From: a virus
Virus record (IMG/VR): IMGVR_UViG_3300045988_086138
Length of the DNA stretch: 64,000 nucleotides
Strand: one strand, 5' to 3'
A program made the translations under genes and the position numbers. The notes under the pieces are model-generated. The model did no database searches and was not told where the DNA came from. It saw only the letters and a list, made by a program, of their open reading frames with translations. Each line of letters begins with the position of its first letter. The stretch's first letter is position 1. Below are positions 63,319 to 64,000 of the stretch, piece by piece.

Positions 63319-64000
63319 GAAAGTTAAGGGTATTGGGAGTGTGCGCTGGACAGGGTGCACTCCTGTTCCCTTTTAGGGAAAATTTGCTAGGGAATATAGA
63401 AATAAGAGGAGTATTCCATACTCCGGGTGAAGAACAATGGAAGTTGAATTTTGGTGATATACCATTTTATAAAGGGTTCTGTTTACAAGAGTTCGATAAG
63501 AAAATTGATATAATTATTTCATCTCCAGATTGTGGTGCATCTTCAGTAATGAGGTTATCCAAAGTAAAGGAATTAGGTAATCCCAAAGATAACAGAAGTT
63601 TAAATCTAGTAATTGCTGCAATATTAGAGTATAAACCCAAGATATTTCTTATAGAAAATCTGCCTCGTTTACTATCTTTGCTTCCTAAAGATTTCTTTGA
63701 GGAAACGTTTAAGGACTATAAATTAATTTTTCACGAAAAGTCAGTTTCGGACTATGGAAATTCTCAGACTTCAAGGAAGCGTTTAGTTATCATTGGAGTA
63801 CATAAAAAGACCGGTAAGAAATACTTGAATGCTTTTAATGAAGTATTCCAAGTAAATACTCCAACAATTACTAGAAATCTACTAAAACCACTAACATTCT
63901 CTCAAGAAAACAATATTAATCAAATCCCGTTTATGAGTAAAACTCTGGCAATGTATGATTACAGGAAACTCCCTGAAAAGAAAAATCTTACTGTTGCAAA
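63314..64000 (+). CDS. DNA cytosine-5 methyltransferase-like protein (3' end outside window)
   Basis: Manual translation is open to the window end. Motif I VLGVCAGQGAL, motif IV-like ISSPDCGASS, motif VI IFLIENLPRL, motif VIII YGNSQTSRKRLVIIG. Confidence 0.65.

Noticed and set aside
1-64000. Prophage or lysogeny module (integrase, repressor, att sites).
   Set aside because: No tyrosine or serine recombinase motif, CI-like repressor or flanking bacterial genes were recognised. The window reads as phage DNA throughout.

Overview
The window is one continuous stretch of an AT-rich tailed phage genome with a contractile tail. Genes are packed almost entirely on the + strand. No integrase, tRNA, rRNA or CRISPR array was seen by eye.

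Order of modules:
- 1-15.1 kb: P2/Mu/T4-like tail and baseplate module. It holds sheath, tube, a chaperone with a -1 frameshift, tape measure, tube-initiator-like protein, LysM protein, split hub, spike, gp25-like, J-like and I-like proteins, and a collar-domain fibre.
- 15.2-15.9 kb: a single antisense sigma-factor-like gene.
- 16-37 kb: replication, recombination and nucleotide metabolism. Products are DnaB-like helicase, primase, SF2 helicase, dUTPase, MazG-like protein, two thymidylate-synthase-fold paralogs, family A polymerase, GroES-like protein, SSB-like protein, RecA/UvsX-like protein, FEN, kinase and SbcCD.
- 37.2 kb: a NusG/UpxY-like gene.
- 38.9-55.9 kb: a long field of small genes, many acidic or extremely charged. 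They are driven by a repeated TATATTTGCATA promoter, which matches the Bacteroidota -7 box TAnnTTTG.
- 54.6-56.3 kb: repeat-dense non-coding DNA.
- 56.3-57.5 kb: a low-GC two-gene insertion.
- 58.5-61.0 kb: three tandem BACON-like paralogs, each with a simple-sequence tract at its 5' end; one is out of frame at a C9 run.
- 61.0-64.0 kb: a small minus-strand operon, a muramidase endolysin, and a truncated C5-methyltransferase-like gene.

A Bacteroidota host is inferred from the promoter type, the lack of Shine-Dalgarno sequences, and the BACON-like and UpxY-like genes.

All functional calls rest on motifs read by eye. No database search was run.
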